Source: Candidatus Multivorans sp.
GTDB lineage: Bacteria; Acidobacteriota; Thermoanaerobaculia; Multivoradales; Multivoraceae
Reading direction: 5' to 3'
DNA length: 64,000 bases
Assembly: GCA_965247095.1 (NCBI GenBank)
Contig: OZ251997.1
Location: 4,032,001 to 4,096,000, forward strand
The notes below the pieces were generated by a model. The model was not told the origin of the DNA. It did no database searches and was given only the letters and a program-made list of their open reading frames with translations. This document shows positions 63,058 through 64,000 of this stretch, one piece after another (position 1 is the first letter of the stretch; the number at the start of each line of letters is the position of its first letter). A program made the translations under genes and the position numbers.

Positions 63058-64000
63058 CTACTCCACGACCAGGACGGTGCCGAGCCGGCTGTCGGCGATG
63101 AAGATGCGGGCCCGGGCGTCGACCGCGATGTCCTCCGGCGCCCGCAGCTCCTGGGCGCTCGGGAGGATGGGTCCGATGGTGGCGATGGGTGCGGCAAACG
63201 GGTCGTAGACCAGGACCTGGAGCTTTCCTGTGTCGAGCACGTAGCGGTTGCCGAACGGGTCGACATCGATTGCTGTGGGCCGCTTCCATTCGGCGCGGAA
63301 GGACTCCTGGAACCTGCCGTCGGCGCCGAAGCGGAGCACCGAGGGGGCTTGCGAGCGGGAACCTGCGTCCAGGACGTGGATGGCGCCGTCTTCGCCTACG
63401 GCGAGGTCGATGGGCTCGGTCATCGAGCCCACCCGCAGGGTTTCGAGCGGGCGGCCGTCCGGGCCGTAGCGGAGCACTTCGGCGGCGCGGCGCGAGAGCA
63501 CGGTCCAGTTGCCGAAGTCGTCCCGGTGGGCGGCGACAATCCGGTCGAGAGCGCCGCCCTGGGGGCGGGTGAAGGACACAGTCGCAAGATCCTGGAGCTG
63601 GGTCACTCCGTCGGCTGTGATCACGGCGGCGCCGCCGCGGGAAGTCTGGCTGGGCCGGACGATCCCCCGAAGGTCGCGGGCCGAGGACGCCGTCCCGCGG
63701 GCATCGAGAATCGCCGCCCGGTTCGTGTCGGTGACCAGGAGTTCGCCGTCCGGTCCGGCGGCGACTCCACGGGGCTTCTCGATTCCGACCTGCTCGGGCA
63801 GGTAGGGCCGGGAACGGCGCCAGGGCTCCTGCCCGGCGAGCGGCCGCAGGATCAGGCGGTGAATCAGGGTCATTCGCTCGAGTGCGGCATCGGCGAGGTC
63901 GGTCACAGGTTCCGCACCGGCGGCGGCGCGGCGAAGCCAGCCTTCCCGTGCCAGCCGTAGATGGTTGACTGCTCCCTGCCAGTCGCCCCGCATGAGCAGC
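63058..64000 (-). CDS. TPR + NHL beta-propeller protein (copy 1, 5' end outside the window)
   Basis: Paralogous to 58141-59508 ('ALERMT.IHRLILRPLAG', 'VDPFGN.YVLD', 'ELRAP.DIAVD', C-terminal 'TVLVVE'). Confidence 0.8.
   Translation of the reverse strand, partial: LLMRGDWQGAVNHLRLAREGWLRRAAAGAEPVTDLADAALERMTLIHRLILRPLAGQEPWRRSRPYLPEQVGIEKPRGVAAGPDGELLVTDTNRAAILDARGTASSARDLRGIVRPSQTSRGGAAVITADGVTQLQDLATVSFTRPQGGALDRIVAAHRDDFGNWTVLSRRAAEVLRYGPDGRPLETLRVGSMTEPIDLAVGEDGAIHVLDAGSRSQAPSVLRFGADGRFQESFRAEWKRPTAIDVDPFGNRYVLDTGKLQVLVYDPFAAPIATIGPILPSAQELRAPEDIAVDARARIFIADSRLGTVLVVE

Overview
High-GC bacterial chromosomal window. The gene content points to Acidobacteriota (tandem acidobacterial VWFA-type proteins, SpoIVB/S55 plus beta-propeller pair, long GreA); this placement is an inference. 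Most of it is core genome: gatA/gatC, greA-like, rodZ-like, tRNA-Pro(CGG), nfeD-stomatin, lnt-prfB (programmed +1 frameshift), fbaB, lipB/lipA, proDH/proC, recN, tsaC, coaD, korAB, xerD, cbpA-clpB, a ferredoxin and a thiO-like oxidase. Accessory features: (i) an IS110-family recombinase element between two identical 52-bp palindromic repeats, with a structured ~160-nt non-coding left end (bridge-RNA candidate); (ii) an rve/DDE IS with AG...CT ends and a 5-bp target duplication, inserted in the loop of a 20-bp hairpin; (iii) a lower-GC islet with a stand-alone RelA/SpoT synthetase-like gene and a frameshifted GIY-YIG nuclease; (iv) an expanded cluster of secreted TPR/NHL and PEGA-PDZ(-VWA) paralogues; (v) several families of REP-like palindromic repeats. 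All calls come from reading the sequence by eye; no searches or folding programs were run.
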